Positions 39,473-48,939 of a stretch of 55,333 nucleotides of DNA are shown piece after piece. Below the pieces are notes generated by a model that was not told the origin of the DNA, did no database searches, and saw nothing but the letters and a program-made list of their open reading frames with translations. The position numbers were made by a program, and so were the translations under genes. The stretch is from Candidatus Geothermarchaeota archaeon (lineage in GTDB: Archaea > Thermoproteota > Nitrososphaeria > Geothermarchaeales > JDFR-13), in contig WAJV01000034.1 of NCBI GenBank assembly GCA_015523725.1, positions 1-55,333 on the forward strand, written 5' to 3'. Numbering within the stretch: the stretch's first letter is position 1; each line of letters starts with the position of its first letter.

Positions 39473-40363
39473 TTATATTGTTCTCTCTTCCCTCTCGAAT
39501 TTTATCCCTAATGCGGATGGAGGTCTAACATGTTTTCTTATGGGAGTCGCAACTATTATTAGGAGTGTGATTAGTGTAGTTAAATATGGAGTTGTGCCTA
39601 GTAAATAGGGACTTACATTGTATGGTGGTAGTTGTAGCATCCAGACCATCGAATTTACTCCTCCATATAATAAGCTGAAAACGGGGGTAAGTAGTGGGTT
39701 CCATAGGGATACGATTACGTTGGCTATAGCTATCCATCCCCATCCAGCTCCAGCTCCCTCTGTCCATACTTGGATGTATCCTAATGTGTATATCGCTCCT
39801 GCCACTGTAGCTAATCCAGAGCCTATCATCGTTGTAAGCATCCTTACCTTATCTACATTTATACCCATGACGAATGCCGAGGATGGGTCTTCTCCGGAGG
39901 CCCTGATTATAACACCTGCTTTTAATTTAAATAGTATAATCCAAGAAACTATTGAAGATAGTATTATAAGTAGTAGTATTATGTGGTAGTTTGCGGTGAG
40001 ATTCAATCTCACTGGTAGGCTTAGGCCTACGTAGGGCCTCCCTACTATCGATGCTAATCCATATGAAAATAGGGTTACTGCTAATCCAGATAATATCTCT
40101 CTACCTTTTAAATAGGCTGTTATGAATCCATGTATTCCTCCTACTATGAACCCCAATATCAATGTGGCTAACATTGCTATGTATAAATTCTCTGTGAGTA
40201 TTGTTATTGTAAATGCTGTCGATGCTCCTAAGACGAATAATCCTTCAACACCTAAGTTGATTACACCACTTCTCTCAGTGTATAATTCGCCTAGTGTCGC
40301 TATGTATAGTGGTGTAGATGCCACTATTATTCTTGATATAATCTCGATTAGATAATTCACCAT
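39473..40363 (-). CDS. Nucleoside/sugar ABC transporter permease
   Basis: TPL..A.LGE...ERSGVINLGVEG, RA.GE.P..A and G.GWIA.A. Confidence 0.9.
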   Translation of the reverse strand: MVNYLIEIISRIIVASTPLYIATLGELYTERSGVINLGVEGLFVLGASTAFTITILTENLYIAMLATLILGFIVGGIHGFITAYLKGREILSGLAVTLFSYGLASIVGRPYVGLSLPVRLNLTANYHIILLLIILSSIVSWIILFKLKAGVIIRASGEDPSSAFVMGINVDKVRMLTTMIGSGLATVAGAIYTLGYIQVWTEGAGAGWGWIAIANVIVSLWNPLLTPVFSLLYGGVNSMVWMLQLPPYNVSPYLLGTTPYLTTLITLLIIVATPIRKHVRPPSALGIKFEREERTI

Positions 40364-41421
40364 TTTAATTTCACCTCGTATTTGAGTAGGAAGTCTAAGG
40401 CGGTTGTCAGGATTAATAGGCCTCCAACGAATAAATTAACTGCCCCTATCGTTAGTCCGGCTATAATTTGCAGTGTATATCCGGACGCTATTAATGCAGA
40501 AACTAGATATCCAGATAATATGGTTGCGAGGGGATCCATTCTGGATAACCAGGTTACGAGGATAGCCATATATCCATATCCAGCAGATACATCCTGTACC
40601 CTTATTAGTTGCCTATGAATTGATAGTATCTCGGCTGCGCCTGCTAATCCAGCTAGAGCTCCACTGAGGAACATTGTGACTAGGATTATTTTTGTTTTTG
40701 ATATTCCCGAGTGGAGGGCGGCATCCGGGTTTAGTCCATATACCTTAATTTCATATCCTATCCTAGTGTTTTTAAATAGGTAATGCATGGCTGCGGCAAC
40801 TATTATTATTGTCGGTATGAATACTGGGTTAACATTTATTCCTCCAAACTGTATTGGATTTATCCATAATTGGTTTGGTATTATATCTGTTCTTGGGTAT
40901 CCGTATTGGGTTTCGCCTCTCCATGGACCATATACTAGATAGTTTCCTAATCCGATCATGATGTAGTTTAGCATTAATGTTGATAATATCTCGTTCAGGT
41001 TGAATTTTGCTTTTAAGTAGCCAGCTATTAATGCATATCCACCGCCAGCTAGTACTGATGCTATCAATATTATAGGGATTCCTATGTATCCCACTATATT
41101 TTTTGGGAGTATGTAGAGGGCTATGTATGTGGTTGCTATTGCTCCTGCTAGTAACTGGCCTTCTGAACCTATATTCCATACACCTGCTTTGTAGGGTAGG
41201 ATTAATCCGAGTCCAGAAAGGGTTAGTGGGATTAGGTATCTTAGTGTTGATGGGTCGATTAAGCCACTGTATATTGAGTATAGAAATTTTGTCGGTGGGA
41301 TAGAGGCTGTTGCATATATTATTAGCATTGAAATGATTAATGATATTATTATTGCCAATATAGTGAGTGTGAATTTTAGGTAAGGAGGCTCTACGAATCT
41401 TCTCCTTATAATTATTTTCAT
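40357..41421 (-). CDS. Nucleoside/sugar ABC transporter permease
   Basis: WNIGSEGQ, NEILSTLMLNY, GYE.K..G.NP.AA and GYGY.AI. Confidence 0.9.
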   Translation of the reverse strand: MKIIIRRRFVEPPYLKFTLTILAIIISLIISMLIIYATASIPPTKFLYSIYSGLIDPSTLRYLIPLTLSGLGLILPYKAGVWNIGSEGQLLAGAIATTYIALYILPKNIVGYIGIPIILIASVLAGGGYALIAGYLKAKFNLNEILSTLMLNYIMIGLGNYLVYGPWRGETQYGYPRTDIIPNQLWINPIQFGGINVNPVFIPTIIIVAAAMHYLFKNTRIGYEIKVYGLNPDAALHSGISKTKIILVTMFLSGALAGLAGAAEILSIHRQLIRVQDVSAGYGYMAILVTWLSRMDPLATILSGYLVSALIASGYTLQIIAGLTIGAVNLFVGGLLILTTALDFLLKYEVKLKW

Positions 41422-41444
41422 GTTTTTCTGTGCACCTATGGGGC

Positions 41445-42917
41445 TTAGGCTAATAGTTCCAGAACGTGTTCTCTTTTATTTATTCCTCTTTCCAATGTCC
41501 TTAGTTTTCTTTTTGTGATGACGCTGACTATGTCGCTTATATCAATTACTTCGTTGATGTCTTCGCTTAATAGGAGTATTGAGCCTCCCTCATTTATGTA
41601 TTCCATAAATATATTGTGCAGTGTTTCTATGCTTATATGGTCGAGTGCTTTTGTGGGATTTATCGCGATCAAAATCTTTGGTTTTAGAATAATTTCTCTA
41701 GATACTGCCAGTTTTTGCAGGTTTCCTCCTGACAGTGTGCCGGCGTTTTGTTTTAGTGATTCAGCTTTGATGCGGAATTTGTTGATAATGTGTTCCATGT
41801 AATTTTCTTGAATCCTCCATAGCCTTTGTTTCACTCGATAATTTTGCTCTATATTTAGGTCTAGAATTAGGCTTTTTAGTATGTTGTCCGGGATATACCC
41901 GACCATATTCGCCATCTCGTCCCTATCGATTCTTCTTAGGTCTTGCCCGAGGATTGTTATCTTACCCCCACTATATTCACGTAATCCATATAATGTCTCA
42001 CCCAATTCCTTCAAACCTGATCCAGCGAGCCCGAAGACTCCATGAATTTCGCCTTCCCTTAATTCAAGGGTTATGTTTTCCAGTATTTTGTTTCCATAGT
42101 CATCATATATATCTACACCTACGACGCTTAACACTGTGTCTCCCGGACCATTTCTCTTGGATAATTTTAATTGTTTTTCTTTTTCAACAGTTGCTCCAAA
42201 CATTTCATGAATGATCATTTCCTTATTTGCATTTTTCTTATCAATGGTCGTAATAACTTCTCCATTTCGCAATATCGTTATTCTATCCCCTATATTTAGT
42301 GCTTCATCGATTCTGTGGGTAATAACTATTATTAATCTCCCCTCATTTCTCAAGCTATTAATGAATTTATATAAATGAAGTTTTTCCTTATCCGTCAATA
42401 GTGTTGTGGGTTCATCTAATATTAAGACCTTTGGTTTTAGTAGCAATGCCTTTAATATCTCTACACGTTGTCTCTCACTAAAGGATAGTGTATAAACCTT
42501 TTTATTCAGATCGATATTTAATCCATACCTATTAATTATCTCCTTCGCATCTTTCTCAATGCTTTTAGTGGTATTTAAGTATCCATATTTATCCATGGCT
42601 AGGAGGAGGTTCTCTGCAACTGTAAGTTGCTCTATGAGTTTTGGATACTGGCTTACTATGGCTATTCCATTTTTTAGTGAGTCTTTTGTATTTCTTATCC
42701 TTATTTTTCTCCCATCCAGTATTATATCACCCGAATCTATTCGGTAGATGCCTGCTAATATTTTTGCTAGTGTGGTTTTACCAGCTCCATTTTCACCCAA
42801 TATGATATGAATCTCTCCCCTTCTAAAATTTATGGATACGTTTTTTAATGCTTTTATTGGTCCGAATTCCTTGGATAAATTATGAATAAAAAGGAGTGGT
42901 TCCTTGTCCATATTCAT
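41445..42917 (-). CDS. Nucleoside/sugar ABC transporter ATP-binding protein (two ABC domains)
   Basis: GENGAGKTT, ILDEPT and second-domain LSGGN.QK. Confidence 0.92.
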   Translation of the reverse strand: MNMDKEPLLFIHNLSKEFGPIKALKNVSINFRRGEIHIILGENGAGKTTLAKILAGIYRIDSGDIILDGRKIRIRNTKDSLKNGIAIVSQYPKLIEQLTVAENLLLAMDKYGYLNTTKSIEKDAKEIINRYGLNIDLNKKVYTLSFSERQRVEILKALLLKPKVLILDEPTTLLTDKEKLHLYKFINSLRNEGRLIIVITHRIDEALNIGDRITILRNGEVITTIDKKNANKEMIIHEMFGATVEKEKQLKLSKRNGPGDTVLSVVGVDIYDDYGNKILENITLELREGEIHGVFGLAGSGLKELGETLYGLREYSGGKITILGQDLRRIDRDEMANMVGYIPDNILKSLILDLNIEQNYRVKQRLWRIQENYMEHIINKFRIKAESLKQNAGTLSGGNLQKLAVSREIILKPKILIAINPTKALDHISIETLHNIFMEYINEGGSILLLSEDINEVIDISDIVSVITKRKLRTLERGINKREHVLELLA

Positions 42918-42936
42918 TTGGATCTACCGTCTCAGA

Positions 42937-44208
42937 CTATTTTTGAACGACTACATTATTGAGGAACCAGCCCATTCCCCAGAGATCATCATGACCTAAT
43001 CTAACTCCTTCAGGTATATTTATCGAATCCCCTTTATCATAATGCTTACCTAATACGTCACCACCAGTATCTAGCCACATGTTTCCACTCAATGGTCCTG
43101 TGAATGGATCGAAGGCTAGATTAGGGTCTTGCATTTCATTATATCTTCTTTCTATCAATTCTAGTAAAGTAATTCTCTCACCGGTTAACTTATCTTCCAC
43201 GTCGATTCCCTCGAATCTCTGCCTGAATTTATCACTTATCCACATTCTGTCATCATAACTCTTTGCACCTAAATCTACTGCACCAGAGTCTAGTAGATAC
43301 CAGTAATCTACATTCTCTAGGTTCTGGTTGGTGTATAATCCTGCATATACCTTGGCTAATATATCTTTATATATGACGCCCCATCTAACTATTTGGCCAC
43401 TAACCACCACATCCTTACCATATTCATACATTGGGCTATAATGACTGAATACAGGTATTTCAACTCCATTATCCTCGTAATAGGACTGAGCATATTGGAT
43501 TGTGCTTGGAGTATCTTCTGTGAATGCTAATACATCGCATCCCAGTTGTTCAACGAGAGTGGCTGCCGCCTCCTTAGCTAAGTCTGGTGCAAACCACTCC
43601 CCAATTTCTATTACATATACTTTTGAATCAGGGTTTACCTCGGTTATACCTATGGTGAATGCATTAATGTGTCTTATAACCTCTGGTATTAAGTGGGCGG
43701 CTACATAACCTACTTTGCCACTTTTTGTTAGTGCACCCGCCATTAATCCATTTAAATAATATATCTGGTATAGGTCGGCAAAATATGTCCCCATATTCTT
43801 ATTCCTCTTGTATCCTGAGCAATGGAAGAATATTTTATCCGGATGGGCTACGCTACTGTCATAGGTTTGGTTCATAAAATCGAAACTAGTTGTGAATATA
43901 ACATCATATCCTTGATTAATATATTTATTAATAACTTGTTCCGTCTCACCGACTTTAACGGACTCTATTCCAGCTGTCTCTAGCCATTTGAAGGTGTTTT
44001 GAGCCTCTTTTCTACCGACGTCATGGGCATGGGTCCATCCATAATCCCCAACTGGACCTACATAAATCCAGGCGGCTTTAAGTTTTTTTCCTACACCCCC
44101 TCCCCCACCTACTTGTTTGGGGGCAGCGTAATAACCTACACCCCCTCCAACAGCGAGTCCTAAAACTCCGGTTGCAGCCATTTTTAGGAAATCTCTTCTA
44201 GATGACAT
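42937..44208 (-). CDS. BMP-family (purine/nucleoside) ABC substrate-binding protein with Tat signal
   Basis: MSSRRDFLK twin-arginine motif; YVGPVGD.GW..AH..GR, TTSF.F and IPEV.R.INAF..G. Confidence 0.9.
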   Translation of the reverse strand: MSSRRDFLKMAATGVLGLAVGGGVGYYAAPKQVGGGGGVGKKLKAAWIYVGPVGDYGWTHAHDVGRKEAQNTFKWLETAGIESVKVGETEQVINKYINQGYDVIFTTSFDFMNQTYDSSVAHPDKIFFHCSGYKRNKNMGTYFADLYQIYYLNGLMAGALTKSGKVGYVAAHLIPEVIRHINAFTIGITEVNPDSKVYVIEIGEWFAPDLAKEAAATLVEQLGCDVLAFTEDTPSTIQYAQSYYEDNGVEIPVFSHYSPMYEYGKDVVVSGQIVRWGVIYKDILAKVYAGLYTNQNLENVDYWYLLDSGAVDLGAKSYDDRMWISDKFRQRFEGIDVEDKLTGERITLLELIERRYNEMQDPNLAFDPFTGPLSGNMWLDTGGDVLGKHYDKGDSINIPEGVRLGHDDLWGMGWFLNNVVVQK

Positions 44209-44265
44209 TTCTTAACACCATATTATTCAATAATATGTAAATCTATTATAGGCTCTTAACAATTT

Positions 44266-44285
44266 TTTAACATATTTATGTTAAA
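44266..44285. promoter_or_regulatory. Operator palindrome 1: TTTAACATA-TT-TATGTTAAA
   Basis: Perfect 9-bp inverted repeat between the divergent ABC operon and the HTH-PRTase regulator; same core as site 2. Confidence 0.7.
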
Positions 44286-44349
44286 TAAGTACCATGCAAC
44301 TTTTTATTTACGTGTTTATATAATTTAGTTAAATGCTTATAACATAAGT

Positions 44350-44367
44350 TTAACATTATTATGTTAA
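44350..44367. promoter_or_regulatory. Operator palindrome 2: TTAACAT-TATT-ATGTTAA
   Basis: Identical TTAACAT-N4-ATGTTAA core, ending 3 bp before the regulator ATG. Confidence 0.7.
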
Positions 44368-44370
44368 GAT

Positions 44371-45078
44371 ATGAAGCGCTACATGAATCTGATTAGGGCA
44401 TTATATTTTATTGAATTGCTGCGATTAGCGAAGAAAAGGCTTACGTGGAGTGAGATATCGAGTAGGCTCGGTGAGTCTCCAGCAGCTCTTAGTAGATATA
44501 TGCATGGTCATGTTGTGCCTAGTGGTAATAAGATGGAGAGGCTGATCGGTGATTTAGAGAGTGTTATTGATTTTGAGAGGGAGGTTCTTGAGCGTGTACG
44601 CTATGATAACAGGAGTGGTTTCATTGATAATCAGAGGCTGATTAGTGATATTAAGTTCTTGGATTTGGTTGCTAAGAGGGTTGCTTCCAAGTATATGGGT
44701 AAGATAGATATAGTTTTATCTCCCGCCGCCGATGGTATTCCGTTTGCAACTTTAGTAGCTAATTATATGGATTGTAATTTAGGTATAATTAAGGATTATA
44801 GGGAGACTGCTGTTCACAAGTATGTGGAGGGCTTGCTTTATAGTGAGGATGGTGGTGTACGTCCATTATATCTGCCTAGATCATTGATAAGGAAAGGATA
44901 TCGTGCGTTGATTGTCGATGATGTTATTAGGACGGGGGCCACTCACAGAGCCATTGTCGATATGTTGGCTAAGATTAAGGCGAGGGTTGAAGCTATTTCT
45001 GTGTTGATTGTAATTGGGGATGCTTGGAAGAAGCGGATTGTTGACGTGGATATTGATTATCTGGCTTATATGCCTTAG
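44371..45078 (+). CDS. HTH plus phosphoribosyltransferase-domain regulator (archaeal PurR-like)
   Basis: N-terminal HTH (W.EIS..LG.S.AALSRY..G.V.P), DGIP.A and PRPP loop LIVDDVIRTG.T. Confidence 0.85.
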   Translation: MKRYMNLIRALYFIELLRLAKKRLTWSEISSRLGESPAALSRYMHGHVVPSGNKMERLIGDLESVIDFEREVLERVRYDNRSGFIDNQRLISDIKFLDLVAKRVASKYMGKIDIVLSPAADGIPFATLVANYMDCNLGIIKDYRETAVHKYVEGLLYSEDGGVRPLYLPRSLIRKGYRALIVDDVIRTGATHRAIVDMLAKIKARVEAISVLIVIGDAWKKRIVDVDIDYLAYMP

Positions 45079-46077
45079 TTGATGGTGTGTACTATGCTTA
45101 GGGGTTGTGTTATTGGGCTTGGTTATATGGGTCGCCACCATTTGAGGAATCTTGTTCGGTTGAGTAGAGAGGGTTATGGTGTAGAGGTTGTTGGTGCGTC
45201 TGATATAGATGTAGAGAAGAGGTCTATAGCTGAGGAGTATGGCGTTCCGTTCTATAAGTCTTATATGGAGTTGGTGGATAGGGAGGAGCCTGATTTTGCT
45301 TGTATAGTGGTTCCCACTGGTATTCATGATGAGGTCGCTATTAGGCTCGCTGAGAGGGGTATTAATTTTTTGATTGAGAAGCCATTAGCCGATTCCCTTG
45401 AGAAAGCTGTTAAGATATATAATGCCGTTCGGGATTATCGAGTTAAGGCTATGGTGGGGCATATAGAGAGGTTTAACCCTGTCATTCTTGAAATTAAAAA
45501 GTTATTGGGTAAGGGTATATTGGGTGAGGTGATATCTATATCTAGTATGAGGGTCGGTCTTCCTCGTTTAATTGATATAGATGTGGTTGATGATCTGGCT
45601 ATTCATGATATTGATTTGATTTATTATTTGACTGGGAGTAGAGTTGGGAATGGGTATGGAGCTGGTGTTAAGAAGTTGGGATATGGTTATGGATGGGATC
45701 ATGCTGATATTATCCTTATTATGGAGAATGGTGTAATTGGTAGGGTCACGGTTGGTAGACTTTCTCCTATTAAGATTCGTAGATTGGAGATGTTGTGTAG
45801 TGAATGGTTTGTTGAGGCGGATTTACTTAAGCAAAGGGCTTATATGTATAGGGGTATATTGAATAAGAAGTATGTTGGTAGTTGGAGGGATTTCATGGAT
45901 TTCTTGAAGATTTTTAGGACTAGGCGTAGGAATATTGAAGTAGTTAGTGAGGAGCCTCTATATTTGGAGTTGAAGGCTTTCATAGATTATGTCATGGGTC
46001 GCCGTGAAGCACCTGTTCCCTTGGAGGATGCTATTGAAGTGTTGAAGGTGATTAGGTCTATTAAATATCTGCATTAA
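45079..46077 (+). CDS. Gfo/Idh/MocA oxidoreductase, WbpB-like UDP-sugar 3-dehydrogenase
   Basis: VIG.G.MG..H, IEKP, VGHIERFNP and DLAIHDID; adjacent to WbpD/E-like genes. True start may be a later ATG. Confidence 0.85.
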   Translation: MMVCTMLRGCVIGLGYMGRHHLRNLVRLSREGYGVEVVGASDIDVEKRSIAEEYGVPFYKSYMELVDREEPDFACIVVPTGIHDEVAIRLAERGINFLIEKPLADSLEKAVKIYNAVRDYRVKAMVGHIERFNPVILEIKKLLGKGILGEVISISSMRVGLPRLIDIDVVDDLAIHDIDLIYYLTGSRVGNGYGAGVKKLGYGYGWDHADIILIMENGVIGRVTVGRLSPIKIRRLEMLCSEWFVEADLLKQRAYMYRGILNKKYVGSWRDFMDFLKIFRTRRRNIEVVSEEPLYLELKAFIDYVMGRREAPVPLEDAIEVLKVIRSIKYLH

Positions 46078-46092
46078 ATTTTGAGAAGCGGT

Positions 46093-46686
46093 TTATTCTA
46101 TTAAATTATAGTGTTCGATTGGTATATGATACTCCTCGTTGCATTTTTCGCACTTCATCAGTACATATTGTTCGTGTTTATTCACATAAGTTAACTTATC
46201 TCCACACTTACATACAAATCCTTTGACCCTAGCGGGGTTTCCGTATACTAGTGCATATGGTGGTACATCCTTAGTGACTACTGAACCCGCTCCTATCATT
46301 GCATATTCACCTATCTCTATACCGCATATTATGGTGCTATTGGCGCCTATAGAAGCTCCTTTTCTTACATATGTTTTGATTATTTGCCATGACTGGTTGA
46401 ATGCTCTTGGACGTAGGTCGTTGGTAAATACTACGTGGGGACCTATGAATACATCATCTTCTATATATACGCCTTGGAAGATGGATGCCCTATTCTCTAT
46501 CTTCACATTATTTCCAATATGTACTCCTCTACCGATATATACACATTTTCCTAGTATACAGTTTCTACCAATTTTAGCTTCTTCTCTAACTTGGGCTTCG
46601 TGCCATATCTTGGTGCCCTCCCCTATCTCAGCATCTTGCGATACATGGGCCGATGGATGGATGAATACCCTTTTATTTGTTTTCAT
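46093..46686 (-). CDS. Hexapeptide-repeat sugar N-acetyltransferase (WbpD-like) with C-terminal CxC...CxxC
   Basis: [27 protein letters not shown] and GNPAR..G.VC.CG. Confidence 0.88.
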   Translation of the reverse strand: MKTNKRVFIHPSAHVSQDAEIGEGTKIWHEAQVREEAKIGRNCILGKCVYIGRGVHIGNNVKIENRASIFQGVYIEDDVFIGPHVVFTNDLRPRAFNQSWQIIKTYVRKGASIGANSTIICGIEIGEYAMIGAGSVVTKDVPPYALVYGNPARVKGFVCKCGDKLTYVNKHEQYVLMKCEKCNEEYHIPIEHYNLIE

Positions 46687-47776
46687 AATACTCAATAATT
46701 TTCTTTACAATGTTATTTAAATCTCTGTTAGTGAGTAATGGATGTACCGGTAGAGATAGAACTTGTTTTGAGGCTATCTCACTATTTTCTAGGTGTAGTT
46801 CTCCATATCCGAGTTTTCTATATAATTCCTGTCTGTATATTGGTTTGGGGTAATGTATATCTGTTTGTATATTGTATTTACCTAGATGATTTTTTAGGTC
46901 ATCCCTATCATATGTCCTTATTACGTATTGATGGTATACGTGCTTTGCGTATGGTGCTTCAATTGGTAAGTTTATTTCAGGGATTTTATTTAGATTCCTT
47001 GTTAGGAATTCAGCGTTTTTTCTCCTAACTTCATTTAACATATCCAGTCTTTTTAGTTGGACGATTCCGATTGCTGCCAATATATCTGGCATCCTTAAGT
47101 TATATCCTAGTTCTATGTGATTGTATTTGCTTATTTGTCCATGATCCATTATTAGTTTAATCCTCCTATCTATCTCTTCATCATTAGTCACTATAATTCC
47201 CCCTTCTCCCGTTGTCATATTTTTTGTTGCATAGAGGGAGAATACGGCAATATCCCCGAAGCTTCCTACTTTTTTACCATTGTATGTTGCTCCATGTGCT
47301 TGGCTTGCATCCTCTATTATGTATAGTTTATGGTCTGATGCAATGTCTAGAAATGGTTTTATGTCGCATGGGTGTCCATATAGGTGGACTAATATGATGG
47401 CCCTTGTTTTGGGCGTTATTTTTTCAAGGGTGTCTTCAGGATCTATCGTATATGTGCTTAGATCAATGTCTGCGAAGATTGGCTTGGCATTATTATATAA
47501 TACCGCGTTTGCGCTGGCTATGAATGAGAATGCTGGTGTAATGACTTCATCTCCCTCCCCAATTCCTAATGCTTTTATTGCCGCCATTAGTCCGAGTGTG
47601 CCGTTGGACACTGCTCTAGCGTATTTTGTACCAATATACTCGGCGAACATTTTCTCGAATTGATGTGCTTTGGGTCCATAGGCTATGTAGTTGCTCCTGA
47701 GGACCTCGGCCACAGCCTCAATCTCTTCATTTGTTATGTAGGGTGTGGAAATCGGTATCAAGTGCCTCTCCTCCAT
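46673..47776 (-). CDS. DegT/DnrJ/EryC1/StrS aminotransferase (WbpE-like)
   Basis: [30 protein letters not shown] and GYNLR. Confidence 0.92.
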   Translation of the reverse strand: MEERHLIPISTPYITNEEIEAVAEVLRSNYIAYGPKAHQFEKMFAEYIGTKYARAVSNGTLGLMAAIKALGIGEGDEVITPAFSFIASANAVLYNNAKPIFADIDLSTYTIDPEDTLEKITPKTRAIILVHLYGHPCDIKPFLDIASDHKLYIIEDASQAHGATYNGKKVGSFGDIAVFSLYATKNMTTGEGGIIVTNDEEIDRRIKLIMDHGQISKYNHIELGYNLRMPDILAAIGIVQLKRLDMLNEVRRKNAEFLTRNLNKIPEINLPIEAPYAKHVYHQYVIRTYDRDDLKNHLGKYNIQTDIHYPKPIYRQELYRKLGYGELHLENSEIASKQVLSLPVHPLLTNRDLNNIVKKIIEYYENK

Positions 47777-47897
47777 AATTAATCATGTAACTGTATTATC
47801 TTGATATAAATAATTTTGGGGAGGTCTTAGGATATTACTATATATAAATTTGTGTCTATTCATTTAATTATTGATTATTTCTGTGAGGTAATTCCCC

Positions 47898-48869
47898 ATG
47901 AAGGTTATTGTCACTGGAGGGGCTGGTTATCTTGGGAGCCATCTAGTAGATAAATTATTGTCCTTTGGTGAGAATGTATTTGTTATTGATAATTTTTCAA
48001 CCGGCCGGGAGGAGAATATTTCACATAATATTGGGCGTAAGAATTTTAATTACTTCAGGGCTGATCTTAGATATCCCGAGGATTGGCACCCCTTCTTTAA
48101 GGATGCTGGAGTTATAATGCATTTCGCCGCAGATCCTAGTGTGAGGGAGAGTTTCTTTAAGCCGGATAAGCATTTTAGGGATGAGATTGTTGCAACCTTT
48201 AATGTGGTTGAGAATGCGAGGAAGTATGATGTTGAGTATGTGGTTTTTGCTAGTAGCAGTACTGTATATGGTGATGCGAGTACGGTTCCAACTCCTGAGG
48301 AATACAAGAATCTTGAACCTATATCTATATATGGTGGTTTTAAGTTGGCTTGTGAGAATATTCTTAAGGTTTACTCTAAACTGTATGGAATTAAGCTATT
48401 GATTTTAAGGTTTGCTAATGTGGTTGGGGGACGCGGTACTAGGGGAGTTGTTTATGATTTCGTTGTTAAGTTGAGGAGGAATCCTGGGGTTCTGGAGATA
48501 TTGGGTGATGGCAAGCAGAGGAAAAGTTATATTTATGTTGATGATGCGATTAACGCAACTATTCATCTTTATAATTTGTTGATAAAGAAGCGGCTTCCCC
48601 ATGATGTATATAATATTGGTAGTGAGGATTGGATATCCGTCGATGAGATTGCGAGCATCGTTGTTAAGGAGATGGGGTTGAAGGATGTCGTTTTCCACCT
48701 AAATCCACAGACCCCTGATGGTAGGGGTTGGGTTGGTGATGTTAAGAATATGTTGCTTGATATAACTAGGTTAAAGGAGACTGGGTTTAAATTGAAGTAT
48801 CCAACCTCCGGTCAAGCTGTTAGTAGGGCTGTTAAGGATTATTTGAAAGTAGTTAGTATATCGAGATAA
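47898..48869 (+). CDS. NAD-dependent epimerase/dehydratase (GalE-like)
   Basis: VTGGAGYLGSH, ASSSTVYG, YG..K and LGDG.Q.KSY. Confidence 0.9.
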   Translation: MKVIVTGGAGYLGSHLVDKLLSFGENVFVIDNFSTGREENISHNIGRKNFNYFRADLRYPEDWHPFFKDAGVIMHFAADPSVRESFFKPDKHFRDEIVATFNVVENARKYDVEYVVFASSSTVYGDASTVPTPEEYKNLEPISIYGGFKLACENILKVYSKLYGIKLLILRFANVVGGRGTRGVVYDFVVKLRRNPGVLEILGDGKQRKSYIYVDDAINATIHLYNLLIKKRLPHDVYNIGSEDWISVDEIASIVVKEMGLKDVVFHLNPQTPDGRGWVGDVKNMLLDITRLKETGFKLKYPTSGQAVSRAVKDYLKVVSISR

Positions 48870-48939
48870 AGGTATAAAAATTATGATTTACTCATATATA
48901 ATTATTAAAATATGGTTTTTAGCATTGTAAGTGATTATT

